Origin: Bdellovibrionales bacterium
Lineage (GTDB): Bacteria > Bdellovibrionota > Bdellovibrionia > Bdellovibrionales > UBA1609
Direction of reading: 5' to 3'
Assembly: GCA_965199825.1 (NCBI GenBank)
Contig: OZ241329.1
Span: 2,496,001 to 2,560,000 of the forward strand
DNA: 64,000 bases
The position numbers and the translations under genes were made by a program. The notes beneath the pieces were generated by a model. It was given only the letters and a program-made list of their open reading frames with translations, did no database searches and was not told the origin of the DNA. Below, piece by piece: positions 48,063 through 57,560 of the stretch. Every line of letters begins with the position of its first letter. Position 1 is the first letter of the stretch.

Positions 48063-48812
48063 GTGACACCAAAATCCAAGATCTCTTCACGCGAAAATTA
48101 TCGATTTAAGATTTGGAAATCGCTTCTCTCAAGCGATGGGATCAAAAAGCATGGCCAATTTTTATTAAGCGGGCCCAAATTTGTGAGCGAGGCTAAATCC
48201 TCCTCGCTTATCGTCGAGGCCTTGGTGCCCGAAGACTCATTGGAAAACTTTGATCAGCCCACCACCATCTTAGGCCCAGAGCTTTTTAAGGCCCTTGATC
48301 TATTTAAAACCGGTTCACCACTTTTAGTCGGACGAATTCCAGAAATTAAAGCTGACGATCTCTTAAATGATGCCAGCGAGCCGACACTTATCACTGCCCT
48401 TGGCCATCCCGACAATCTTGGATCGCTCATTCGCTCGGCCGAAGCGTTTGGTGTCACCCGAATTGTATTGTTAAAAGAAAGCGCTCATCCCTTCCATCCC
48501 AAATGTCTTAGAGCTTCGGCTGGGAGTGCGTTGAGATGCCAATTTTCCAAAGGCCCTTCGCTTAATAATTTGAGCGCGGTTTCAGATCTTTTAATGATGG
48601 ATCTTCATGGCCAAAATATTTCTGAATTTGAATGGCCCAAGCATTTTCGTTTATTGATTGGATCCGAAGGAATGGGCATTCCCCAAAACCTCACCGCACA
48701 GCGCCTCCATATTCCGATGGCGCCTTCAGCCGAATCTCTTAACGGAGGCATTAGCGGCAGTATTGCTCTTTATCAAAGGTGGACGAAGGTAGACTTTAAA
48801 AACAGTAAATAA
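48063..48812 (+). CDS. TrmH/SpoU family RNA methyltransferase
   Basis: PDNLGSLIRSAEAFG, IGSEGMG, IPM...ESLN. Confidence 0.9.
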   Translation: MTPKSKISSRENYRFKIWKSLLSSDGIKKHGQFLLSGPKFVSEAKSSSLIVEALVPEDSLENFDQPTTILGPELFKALDLFKTGSPLLVGRIPEIKADDLLNDASEPTLITALGHPDNLGSLIRSAEAFGVTRIVLLKESAHPFHPKCLRASAGSALRCQFSKGPSLNNLSAVSDLLMMDLHGQNISEFEWPKHFRLLIGSEGMGIPQNLTAQRLHIPMAPSAESLNGGISGSIALYQRWTKVDFKNSK

Positions 48813-49668
48813 GATCATTATGGGTTTGTGGGGTCGACCATAAACTCAAAACAAATCCACCATCCCCAGAGCCTGTGGGTTTTGTTGCCAAAGCCCCACG
48901 GGATTTTAAATCGGTCATATGGGTTTGAAGTTCTGAATTGATCAGCCCCCAATTTTTAAAACACTCCACCGCAAGATCAAGAGCCGCACTCAACTGATCA
49001 AGCCCATTTTTTTGGCTCAAAGAAGCGATCGCTTGATGAACCGCCTGATCCATTTGCTGATCAAGACTCATGGCTAACTCTAAATTCTTTTTGAAAAGCT
49101 GACCCACTTTTTGCACACAATCTTTGGTCATGCCCCGACGCCCCGAATAGGACAAATACAAATGAGGTACCCAATTGAGTTTTAAAACTTTTGGTTCAAT
49201 CCCCCGTTTAAAAACCAAGGGTTGGGGATTCAAAGCCACCGCAATATCGACCCCGCTGCTTTCACCATGAAAAAGATTTTCGAGTCTACGCGCAAAAGTG
49301 TATGCCTCTGCCTCAGGAATCCAGCCCTTAAAAATGCACCACTTAGCAACTGCCCCACACAGTGCCGCCGAAGCTCCAAGCCCTGCTCCCACCGGAAGAT
49401 TAGAATCCAAAATAAAATGGCCACTTAAACCTTCGCGCTCAATTTTTAAAAAGCCGCACGCACTTTCAAGCACACCCCAAAATAACAACTCATATTCGCT
49501 GCCGTGATCACCCAAAAATTCGGCATTGAGCATCACACCTTGTGAATTATATTTAAGATGAAAATGCTTTCCTAAAAGTGGAAAGACCAAAGCGGTTCCA
49601 TGACGAATCACCGCGTGCTCGCCTGCTAAAATCCATTTTCCATGAGTGGTGATTTCAAAGTGCGACAT
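48796..49668 (-). CDS. mvaK1: Mevalonate kinase
   Basis: GKWILAGEHAV, PVGAGLGASAA, HGESSGVD, KPTGSGDGG. Confidence 0.88.
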   Translation of the reverse strand: MSHFEITTHGKWILAGEHAVIRHGTALVFPLLGKHFHLKYNSQGVMLNAEFLGDHGSEYELLFWGVLESACGFLKIEREGLSGHFILDSNLPVGAGLGASAALCGAVAKWCIFKGWIPEAEAYTFARRLENLFHGESSGVDIAVALNPQPLVFKRGIEPKVLKLNWVPHLYLSYSGRRGMTKDCVQKVGQLFKKNLELAMSLDQQMDQAVHQAIASLSQKNGLDQLSAALDLAVECFKNWGLINSELQTHMTDLKSRGALATKPTGSGDGGFVLSLWSTPQTHNDLIYCF

Positions 49669-50566
49669 CAGAGTATTGTGCTTTTATTTTGTTTTTGAGT
49701 TCGGTCTGATCATTCCTAAAAATAAGATGAATGTTGGGGCCTGCATCCATTGTGATAATTGGACCATCACCTTGAACTTCAAACTCGGTATACAATTCTC
49801 TTAAAATTTTGAGAGTCACATCGGTCATGTAACCAAAGGGCTCGGCACACGTTTCAAACAGAGTGTGCATCTCCCAAAATTCGGCCCAACAAATTTTAAC
49901 CGCACGAGTCCAATCTTTGAGAAGGGCTATTTTTAATTCCACCATTCTTTGGTGTGCTCTTTGAGCTCGGTGCTCAATAAGGGGTGAAGTCAAAACCCGC
50001 TGATGGGCTTCGCTGGAGGAAACATTTTTTTTATCGCGCGAAACAATGAGGGCCAAATGTTCGAGCTTTAAATCGGGCAAGTCCGATGGATAGGCCTTTT
50101 CGCCTGTCCACTCACCAAAAGGAAAAAATAAACTGCGGCACGAAGATCCCGAACCCTGCCGACTCAAAATCGCAAGCTCTTCGGGGGTGCGCTCCCGATA
50201 ATCCCCTTTTGTTTTTGCAAGCTCGGCCGTGGCCAAAGTCAAAGCGGCAAAACTCGAGGCCGAAGAGGCAAGCCCGCAGTCTGAGGGAAAATTGTTTTGG
50301 GTCGTAATCAAATACTCGCCCTTGATTTTAAATTGCTCGCATAAAAATTTAAAAAATTTCTCAAACCGCAGTCTGCCTTCATTAGAAAGCTCCACCTCAC
50401 CTTGAGTTTCAACTTTTGTTTTCGAACTTTTATCGAGCTGCACCTGTGTGGTGAGGTGATTCAAGGTTAATGACAGGGAAGAATTGAGCGGAATATTTTT
50501 GCCCTTGGCCTTCCCCATATATTTGATCAATGCAATATTGGCTGGAGCTGATGCCGACCACGTCAT
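49655..50566 (-). CDS. mvaD: Diphosphomevalonate decarboxylase
   Basis: NIALIKYMGK, GLASSASSFAAL, SRQGSGSSCRS, MDAGPN. Confidence 0.93.
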   Translation of the reverse strand: MTWSASAPANIALIKYMGKAKGKNIPLNSSLSLTLNHLTTQVQLDKSSKTKVETQGEVELSNEGRLRFEKFFKFLCEQFKIKGEYLITTQNNFPSDCGLASSASSFAALTLATAELAKTKGDYRERTPEELAILSRQGSGSSCRSLFFPFGEWTGEKAYPSDLPDLKLEHLALIVSRDKKNVSSSEAHQRVLTSPLIEHRAQRAHQRMVELKIALLKDWTRAVKICWAEFWEMHTLFETCAEPFGYMTDVTLKILRELYTEFEVQGDGPIITMDAGPNIHLIFRNDQTELKNKIKAQYSDVAL

Positions 50567-51450
50567 TTATTCTCTCCAAACGGATAAACCTTAAGCTCTA
50601 AACCTAAAGCCAGATCCTTTTCGGTTGCAACCAATTCATAAGATTTCATAGCCTCAAATATTTTTTGTTTATTCAAATTGGAGTAATAGATTACAACTGT
50701 ATCCGCACCCATTCCGCCAGAGCCTTTGACAAATTCAACTGCCGAATTTTTTTGTAAAAAACTAATTAAATCTTTGGTCGTTGCCGCAACTAAATTATTT
50801 GAATTGAGATGCTGTCCAAATTTTTTTAGAGCGGTCAAAAACTGATCGTAATCTTTGATTTCAAAACCATCGATCACCTCTTGAGCTGCGCCCTTGATCA
50901 CATCAAACGGAAGATCTTGAAGATCGACCAAATGAGAGTGGGTGTTGATTTTAAAACCGGTACGGTAAATTGCAAAACCGTGATTCTCAAATGGCCACCG
51001 CAGCGGCCGGGCTGCGGCAGGATCAAACGTCACTTGTGCAATCTGACCTACGCATTGACACAAAAGATCGGCACCACTCGACGAGTCTTTTTTTAAATCA
51101 AGTATGCGGCGAAACTCTTGCCACAGGGATTCAACACTGAGAGCTCTCGATTCGGCATAATTGTAAAGTGCGACCACCGACAAAAACTGTGCACCCGACG
51201 CTCCAAATCCACCCCGCCCCTGATGAGGATCTTCAAAACTCAAATCAAATTTAGAAAAAAACGAGCTGTGCTCGCGCACAAAATATCCCGCAGGACTTTC
51301 AGCATGAAACCCACTGGCTAAGCCATTGCCCTCTTGAACGATCAAATGAAAATAAGGTGTGGTTGCAGCAATAAGGGCTGCACCATTTTTAAGGGTGGCA
51401 TACTCACCACTCAAATAAGTTTTGCTCGGAATCGAGAGTTTCAATGTCAT
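50563..51450 (-). CDS. mvaK2: Phosphomevalonate kinase (GHMP family)
   Basis: SKTYLSGEYA, GFGASGA, SSGAD, KGSGGMGAD; position in the mevalonate cluster. Confidence 0.8.
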   Translation of the reverse strand: MTLKLSIPSKTYLSGEYATLKNGAALIAATTPYFHLIVQEGNGLASGFHAESPAGYFVREHSSFFSKFDLSFEDPHQGRGGFGASGAQFLSVVALYNYAESRALSVESLWQEFRRILDLKKDSSSGADLLCQCVGQIAQVTFDPAAARPLRWPFENHGFAIYRTGFKINTHSHLVDLQDLPFDVIKGAAQEVIDGFEIKDYDQFLTALKKFGQHLNSNNLVAATTKDLISFLQKNSAVEFVKGSGGMGADTVVIYYSNLNKQKIFEAMKSYELVATEKDLALGLELKVYPFGENK

Positions 51451-52751
51451 CGCGGCTCGGCGGAACGCAACTCTTTTAGAACTTCGACCGCATGACTAAG
51501 AGAAATTCTTTTTTTAATTTCCAAGATTTCTTCTAGTCGTTTTTGAACAAATGGAATTTCGGATTCGCTTGCGCCAGCCCCAAGACTTAGATTTTTAATG
51601 TGCAATTTCATGTGGCCTTCGATAATTCCAACCGTGGTCAACGCGCGAAGTGCACCCAAATTTTGCACAAGCCCCACCGCTGCACAAATGCGCGAAAGAT
51701 GTTCTGCACTCTCGACTCCCAACATTTTAAGACAAATGCGAGCAATGGGGTGAAGTTTGGTCACTCCTCCCACAAGTCCCACCACAATCGGAGCAGTGAT
51801 CACTCCAACCAAGTCTTCCCCATCTTTTTTCCATTGCGTGATGCTGCGGTACTGCCCACTCTGACAGGCATAAGCATGAAGACCCGCTTCCACCGCACGC
51901 CAGTCATTGCCCGTAGCAATTAAAATTGGATCTATTCCGTTGAGCACACCTTTATTGTTTGTGGCCGCTCGATAGGGATCAATCTCTGAAAAATAAGAAG
52001 CCTCAACAATGCGTTCAATGAGATCAGCATCAAGCCCCGACATTCGTACTTCGGCTCGGGTCAGTTTTGTATCGACCAGATTTGAAAGTATACACATCGT
52101 GACCGTTTCGCCCGTGAGCTCTTCGATCGGATGTTTTAAAAATTCACAAACCTGATTCATGATGTTGGCACCCATAGCATCACAGGGGTCGCACAAAACA
52201 TGGAGCACACCCATCTGGAGTTGGTCATGTCGGTCAAGCAAACGGAGATGAATGTCATTGACTCCGCCTCCGCGATTGACCATTCCGACTGCGACTTCTT
52301 TGTTCGCAAGGGCAATTAGATTTTGTTTATGCTCATTGATTTTGGCCAAAAAGTTTTGTGGATTTTTGAGTTTGGAAATTTGAATTTGACCAATGATCGA
52401 ATGTCCAAGTGATGAGGTTGTGATCGCGCCGTGCTCTTTGATCCACTTTGCGGTTTTACTCGCAGCCGCGATAATCGAAGTCTCTTCAACCGCCATCGGA
52501 ATCGTCAAAGCCTTACCATCGATCACAAAATTGGTCGCCACACCCAAGGGCAATTGAAAGCTACCAATCACATTTTCGATAAATTTATCGGCCAGCTCAG
52601 GCTCAAGAGTATAAGAATTTAAGAAACTCACATCGTCTTGGCTTAAAGCACCAATCGAAATCAAACGCTGAAAACGCTCATCACGATCCAGCTTTGAAAA
52701 TCCAGAAAACGCCGCATGCATTGCTTGATTTAAGTCTTCAGCCATCGCCAT
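51447..52751 (-). CDS. mvaA: Class II HMG-CoA reductase
   Basis: IENVIG, PMAVEETSIIAA, DAMGAN, NKGVLNG, GNDWRAVEA, GHMKLH. Confidence 0.95.
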   Translation of the reverse strand: MAMAEDLNQAMHAAFSGFSKLDRDERFQRLISIGALSQDDVSFLNSYTLEPELADKFIENVIGSFQLPLGVATNFVIDGKALTIPMAVEETSIIAAASKTAKWIKEHGAITTSSLGHSIIGQIQISKLKNPQNFLAKINEHKQNLIALANKEVAVGMVNRGGGVNDIHLRLLDRHDQLQMGVLHVLCDPCDAMGANIMNQVCEFLKHPIEELTGETVTMCILSNLVDTKLTRAEVRMSGLDADLIERIVEASYFSEIDPYRAATNNKGVLNGIDPILIATGNDWRAVEAGLHAYACQSGQYRSITQWKKDGEDLVGVITAPIVVGLVGGVTKLHPIARICLKMLGVESAEHLSRICAAVGLVQNLGALRALTTVGIIEGHMKLHIKNLSLGAGASESEIPFVQKRLEEILEIKKRISLSHAVEVLKELRSAEPR

Positions 52752-53764
52752 AGTCCTTTTTGTCGCAGGTCATTGATGCTTTCGCTTCCGGTACAAAACA
52801 TCGCGCATCGCAGTTCAAACTCAATCCGCTCCATCACAAATTCTAATTCACCAGCAAGTGCAGCTTTGAGTAAAGGTTGCGCAAATCCAACCAGACTTGC
52901 ACCCATTGCCAAAAGTTTTGCGGCATCAAGGCCTGAGCGCACTCCGCCCGATCCCCAAATTTCAAATGGGAGATCTTGCTCTACAGCAAGCAATAAGGAG
53001 TCCACAGTGGAGATTCCCCAGTGACTAAATTCATCGGCAGCTTGTGAACGGATTTTATCTGTGGCAGCACGATCGCCTTCGATGCGGCCCCAATGAGTCC
53101 CACCAAAACCGCTGATGTCCACAGCCGCAATTCCAGAATTTTTGAGGCGCGCCAAAGTTTGCGTACTAAATCCACAACCGGTTTCTTTAAGCACAACCGG
53201 AACTTTCAGTTCTCGAGCGATCTTTTCAAGAGCTTGAAGACCGCCTTTAAAAGAGGGGGTCCCTTCAGGCTGCAAACACTCTTGCAACGGATTGGTATGA
53301 ACAATCAATGCGAGGGCTTCGAGATTATCAACCAAGGCTTGAATACTTTGAGTTTTTGTTTTGATCAGTTGGGTGAGCCCCACATTGGCCAAGAGATGCG
53401 CCCGTGGGCAATCTTTTCGAACCGCCCGCCACTCACTCGAGGCTTCGGGATCATTGAGCTCTCGACGTTGCGAACCGACTCCCATTAACCAACCGCGGGA
53501 TTGAGCAGCAAATGCCAATCGCCGATTGAGTTCTTGTGACTCTGTATGACCTGCGGTCATTGAGCTAATCAAAAACGGTGTCAAAATTTGAGTTTCGAGC
53601 ACCGAAGTTTTTAAAGATATTTGGGTAAAATCAAGATCTGGGAGCGCTTCGTGCCACAGTCCAATGGAATCCAAGCCGCTCAATCCTGCGGCTTGGTTTT
53701 TTGGGTCTAATGCGAATCGAATATGATCCTGCTTTCGACTCTCAAATTGTGCTGTGGACTCCAA
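52730..53764 (-). CDS. fni: Type 2 isopentenyl-diphosphate isomerase
   Basis: RKQDHI, ISSMTAG, GSQR, QECLQPEG, KETGCG, GGTHW. Confidence 0.95.
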   Translation of the reverse strand: MESTAQFESRKQDHIRFALDPKNQAAGLSGLDSIGLWHEALPDLDFTQISLKTSVLETQILTPFLISSMTAGHTESQELNRRLAFAAQSRGWLMGVGSQRRELNDPEASSEWRAVRKDCPRAHLLANVGLTQLIKTKTQSIQALVDNLEALALIVHTNPLQECLQPEGTPSFKGGLQALEKIARELKVPVVLKETGCGFSTQTLARLKNSGIAAVDISGFGGTHWGRIEGDRAATDKIRSQAADEFSHWGISTVDSLLLAVEQDLPFEIWGSGGVRSGLDAAKLLAMGASLVGFAQPLLKAALAGELEFVMERIEFELRCAMFCTGSESINDLRQKGLWRWLKT

Positions 53765-53772
53765 GCCACTCC

Positions 53773-54123
53773 TTAAACGGTGGGTAAAACCTGACGAACA
53801 AGCGCAGAAAATCCTGCCTCATCTCGAACGGCCATATCCGCCAAAACTTTTCGATCGAGTTCAATGTTCGCTTTTTTGAGTGCTCCCATCAAACGTGAAT
53901 AGGAAGTTCCATTCAATCGAGCTGCCGCGTTGATTCTTTGTGTCCATAAAACCCGGAATAAGCGCTTTCGCACTTTTCGGTCACGGTACATGTACACCAT
54001 TGCACGATCAGTTTTTTCAACCGCATGCGTGTAGGCACGTGAGCCTGCAGAATAAAATCCACTTGCTCGTTCACGAACTTTTTTATGTCGTTTTCTATTT
54101 GTAAAGCCGCCTTTAACTCTCAT
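53773..54123 (-). CDS. rplT: 50S ribosomal protein L20
   Basis: MRVKGG..RKRHKK, YRDRKVRKR.FR.LW..RINAA, LDRKVLAD. Confidence 0.97.
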   Translation of the reverse strand: MRVKGGFTNRKRHKKVRERASGFYSAGSRAYTHAVEKTDRAMVYMYRDRKVRKRLFRVLWTQRINAAARLNGTSYSRLMGALKKANIELDRKVLADMAVRDEAGFSALVRQVLPTV

Positions 54124-54133
54124 CGCATACTCC

Positions 54134-54325
54134 TTAAAGGCCTAACAGGCGTTCGGTTTGATATGTATTGGCAGAATGCACATATCGGGTTTTTCCTAGA
54201 TGCCGTTTGCGTTTTGATGCTTTGTTGACAAGCAAATGCCGGCGCCCGCGGGGCTTCATCTTAATCTTACCGCCACCAGTCACGCGAAAGCGCTTTTTGG
54301 CGGAAGAGTGGGTCTTCATCTTCAC
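54134..54325 (-). CDS. rpmI: 50S ribosomal protein L35
   Basis: [19 protein letters not shown]. Confidence 0.96.
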   Translation of the reverse strand: MKMKTHSSAKKRFRVTGGGKIKMKPRGRRHLLVNKASKRKRHLGKTRYVHSANTYQTERLLGL

Positions 54326-54439
54326 TTGGATTCCCTTTTCTTATCGGGCGTCGCGAGCTCAATTGCCCGCGTGCTTTTTTGGCCACGATGAGTTGATTCA
54401 AAATGCTTACTTTAAACAGTCAAGAGGATCAAGCAACTT

Positions 54440-54562
54440 CGGGCGCCACTCCGATTCCACCGGCACGGTGTCCTTGCCTCTGCAAAATCGGCGATCGGCA
54501 TCGTGCCGATCGGCCCTTCGGGCTTTCCGATTTTGAGGCCGATGGAATCGGAGTGCCGCCCG
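54440..54562. repeat. Multi-hairpin palindromic element, copy A
   Basis: Outer stem CACTCCGATTCCA/TGGAATCGGAGTG; inner stem GCCTC..AAAATCGG/CCGATTTTGAGGC; hairpins CGATCGGCA-TCG-TGCCGATCG and GCCCTTCGGGC. Confidence 0.9.
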
Positions 54563-54748
54563 GTCCCGTTTTGGCTTTGTGTTTAACGGCATGGTTTCAA
54601 ATTTGGAAATGAGGGCTAAACAAAAGTTATGTTGCAGGAAAAAATGATCTTTAGGATCGATCGCACGAACACGACTCAATCACAGATAAAGCATAAAAAA
54701 ATCTAAGGATTCACTTTCACCGTATGGACCGCGAAGCCAAAGTTGAGA

Positions 54749-54884
54749 GCGCGGCTTTGGTGGAGTCGACCTCAAAATCGGGAAGCCCAGCCCGTGGGGC
54801 CAAAAACCAGGGCGATCGGCACGATGCCGATCGCCGATTTTGTAGAGGCATGGATGCCGTGTCGACGCAACCAATGCCAAGCGC
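54749..54884. repeat. Multi-hairpin palindromic element, copy B (inverted relative to A)
   Basis: 54813-54861 is the reverse complement of 54464-54512 at 45/49 nt; 54770-54788 matches 54520-54538 at 18/19; contains GGCATGGATGCC. Confidence 0.9.
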
Positions 54885-54885
54885 C

Positions 54886-55530
54886 TTATTCTTCTTCTTC
54901 GTCTTCGACAGTCTCAGCCTTAGGTTTAGGCGGAGTAATCTTATGAAGCTTTTGATATTCTTTGATCTTTACAGCGTCCGGCCCGAGCAGCACAAACATC
55001 TGTCGACCTTCCATCTTAGGCGGCGACTCAACAGTCGCAAGTGGCAACAGCTCTTTCATCACCCGCTTTAAAAGCTCATGACCAAATTCTTGATGGGCCA
55101 TTTCGCGTCCCGAAAAACGCATATTGAATTTTACTTTATCGCCTTCCATCAAAAACATTTTGGCTTGGCGAAGTTTCACATCCAAATCGTGATCGTCGGT
55201 GCGGGGTCGGATTTGAAGTTCTTTGATCGAAATGACGGTTTGTTTTTTCTTGGCAGCCGCAGCCTTTTTTTTGTTTTCATACTTCCACTTGCCGTAATCC
55301 ATGATTTTGCAGGTGGGTGGCTTTGCGGTGGGAGCAATTTCAATCAGATCGAGGCCGCGAGACTCAGCAATTCCTAAAGCTTCGCGAGGTGACATCACAC
55401 CAAGCATAGTGCCTTTTTCATCGATTAAGCGAACTTCGGGACACATGATATCGCGGTTGACTCGAAAGCCGTCGTCTTTTTTTGGGCGTTTGCCAAAGCG
55501 ACTGTTGGGTCCTGATTTAAATTCTCGAAT
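54886..55530 (-). CDS. infC: Translation initiation factor IF-3 with ATT start codon
   Basis: EVRLID, LDLIEI, CKIMDYGK, KVKF.MRF.GRE; in-frame ATT at 55530 preceded by AGGAGG. Confidence 0.95.
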   Translation of the reverse strand: MREFKSGPNSRFGKRPKKDDGFRVNRDIMCPEVRLIDEKGTMLGVMSPREALGIAESRGLDLIEIAPTAKPPTCKIMDYGKWKYENKKKAAAAKKKQTVISIKELQIRPRTDDHDLDVKLRQAKMFLMEGDKVKFNMRFSGREMAHQEFGHELLKRVMKELLPLATVESPPKMEGRQMFVLLGPDAVKIKEYQKLHKITPPKPKAETVEDEEEE

Positions 55531-55545
55531 GGGAGTCCTCCTGGT

Positions 55546-57489
55546 TTAATTGACCTCAAGAAATGGGCTGCGTAATTTTCGTTCCGCGATTTCTTGAGTC
55601 AGTGTTGTTATAAATTGATTTACATCAAGTCCATTTTTATTTTGGCCATTGCTTAATCTTACAGAAACTTGGCCATTATCTTTTTCGTTATCACCGATAA
55701 TTAGCATGTACGGAATTTTTCTAAGCTGGGCTTCTCTAATTTTAAATCCCAATTTTTCGCCGCGAATATCTAACTCCGAACGAAATCCCGCAGCCTTGAA
55801 CTGATCGTGAATCTGTTTGACGTAATCCTCTTGGCGTTCGGTCACGTTCATCACCACCATTTGTACCGGCGAAAGCCATGTGGGCAAATGGCCCGCAGTG
55901 TGCTCAAGGTACACTCCGATAAACCGCTCGATAGATCCCAAGATCGCGCGATGAAGCATCACGGGTTGATGAGCCTTGTTGTCCTCACCCGTAAATTCGA
56001 GAGTAAATGCTTTTGGTAGATTAAAATCCACCTGTAAGGTCCCAAGCTGCCATGGCCGATCAATCGCATCGACAAACATAATATCTAATTTGGGGCCATA
56101 AAAAGCGCCGTCACCGGGATTGAGAGTGTAAGGCAAATTTAATTTTTCGAGAGCCTCTTTCAAAGCGCCTTCGGATTGATCCCAAACTTGATCTTCACCC
56201 ATCCGTTTTTCGGGGCGAGTGGACAGAAAAATTTTGTAGCTCGAAAGTCCAAGCTGCGAATAGATCTCGGAGAGCATGGTCATAAAACTTTGAATCTCGG
56301 TCATCAGTTGCTCGAGAGTACAAAAAATATGGGCATCATCTTGGCAAAATGTTCGAACCCGTGTGAGGCCATGAAGTGCGCCACTGCGTTCATAACGATG
56401 AAGCCGTCCAAAATCGGCAATGCGCCAAGGAAGATCACGATAACTGCGCTTGTCTGATCCATAAAGTAAACAATGGCCGGGGCAGTTCATAGGTTTCATT
56501 ACAAAGTCGCGCTCGTCGATTTTGGTCACATACATATTTTCGACGTAGTTGCTGACATGGCCCGATTGCTTAAAAAGTTCGATATCAAAAAGTTGAGGTG
56601 TGATCACTTCGTTGTAATCATATTTGCGATACATCGCTCGCATGTAGCTCTGAAGTTCATTGTAAATCACCGCACCCTTAGGAGTAAAGAACGGTCCCCC
56701 AGGAGCAAGCGGATGAAAGGTATAAAGCTGAAGATCTTTTCCGAGTTTTCGGTGGTCGCGCTTTTTGGCTTCTTCAAGATTTTTTAAATATTGATCAAGT
56801 TCTTTTTTATCATTGAATGCGGTGGCATAAATTCTTTGCAGCTGAGCTTTTTTTTCGTCTCCACGCCAGTAGGCACCAGCAAGTGACAAAACTTTTATGG
56901 CTTTAATTTGGGATAAACGCTGCACATGAGGGCCGCGACACAAATCAAACCACTCACCTTGCCGATAGATACTCACCTCTGGCACATCAAGATCTTTGAT
57001 GATCTCAACTTTAAAGCGCTCACCCATTTGTTCAAATGTGCTCACCGCTTTTTCAGAAGGCCATACCTCGTGGGTGACCTCAAGATCGCGCGCGATGATC
57101 TCTTTCATTTTAAGTTCGATGCGCTCAAGATCTTCCGGTGTAAAAGGCTTTTCGGAATCAAAATCGTAATAAAATCCATTTTCGATAATGGGACCGATGG
57201 TCACTTTGATTTCGGGCCAAATCTCTTGCACCGCTTGAGCCATCACATGAGCTGCAGTATGGCGAATGACTTCAACAGATTCTGTTTGTGAGGTGGTAAC
57301 AATTTTTAATTGAGTGCCGTCTTTGAGTTTGGTGCGCACATCAACGATATCTTTGGCACCATTGAGCTGAGCGCCCACCGCATCCTTGGCCAAACGTGGG
57401 CCAATTTTTTTGGCAACATCGAGCACCGTCGGCTCGAAGTCGAAATGGTGTGCAGATTGATCTGGAAGGAGGATTGTGACAGCTGCCAT
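55546..57489 (-). CDS. thrS: Threonine-tRNA ligase
   Basis: RHTAAHVMAQAV, DLCRGPHV, RDHRKLG, KPMNCPGH, GAFYGPKLD, HRAILGSIERF. Confidence 0.98.
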   Translation of the reverse strand: MAAVTILLPDQSAHHFDFEPTVLDVAKKIGPRLAKDAVGAQLNGAKDIVDVRTKLKDGTQLKIVTTSQTESVEVIRHTAAHVMAQAVQEIWPEIKVTIGPIIENGFYYDFDSEKPFTPEDLERIELKMKEIIARDLEVTHEVWPSEKAVSTFEQMGERFKVEIIKDLDVPEVSIYRQGEWFDLCRGPHVQRLSQIKAIKVLSLAGAYWRGDEKKAQLQRIYATAFNDKKELDQYLKNLEEAKKRDHRKLGKDLQLYTFHPLAPGGPFFTPKGAVIYNELQSYMRAMYRKYDYNEVITPQLFDIELFKQSGHVSNYVENMYVTKIDERDFVMKPMNCPGHCLLYGSDKRSYRDLPWRIADFGRLHRYERSGALHGLTRVRTFCQDDAHIFCTLEQLMTEIQSFMTMLSEIYSQLGLSSYKIFLSTRPEKRMGEDQVWDQSEGALKEALEKLNLPYTLNPGDGAFYGPKLDIMFVDAIDRPWQLGTLQVDFNLPKAFTLEFTGEDNKAHQPVMLHRAILGSIERFIGVYLEHTAGHLPTWLSPVQMVVMNVTERQEDYVKQIHDQFKAAGFRSELDIRGEKLGFKIREAQLRKIPYMLIIGDNEKDNGQVSVRLSNGQNKNGLDVNQFITTLTQEIAERKLRSPFLEVN

Positions 57490-57560
57490 CAGATTTAAGA
57501 ATTAAAAACAAACTTCATCGAAAGGGATCTTACACAATCGTTGGCAAATATCAAACCTTT

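Noticed and set aside
54346..54370. Hairpin upstream of rpmI as an L20 leader
   Set aside because: Plausible by position, but I cannot match it to the known leader consensus by eye.
54403..55071. Short ORFs sharing DRHRADR/DRHDADR peptides
   Set aside because: These are translations of the palindromic DNA elements, with no independent coding evidence.
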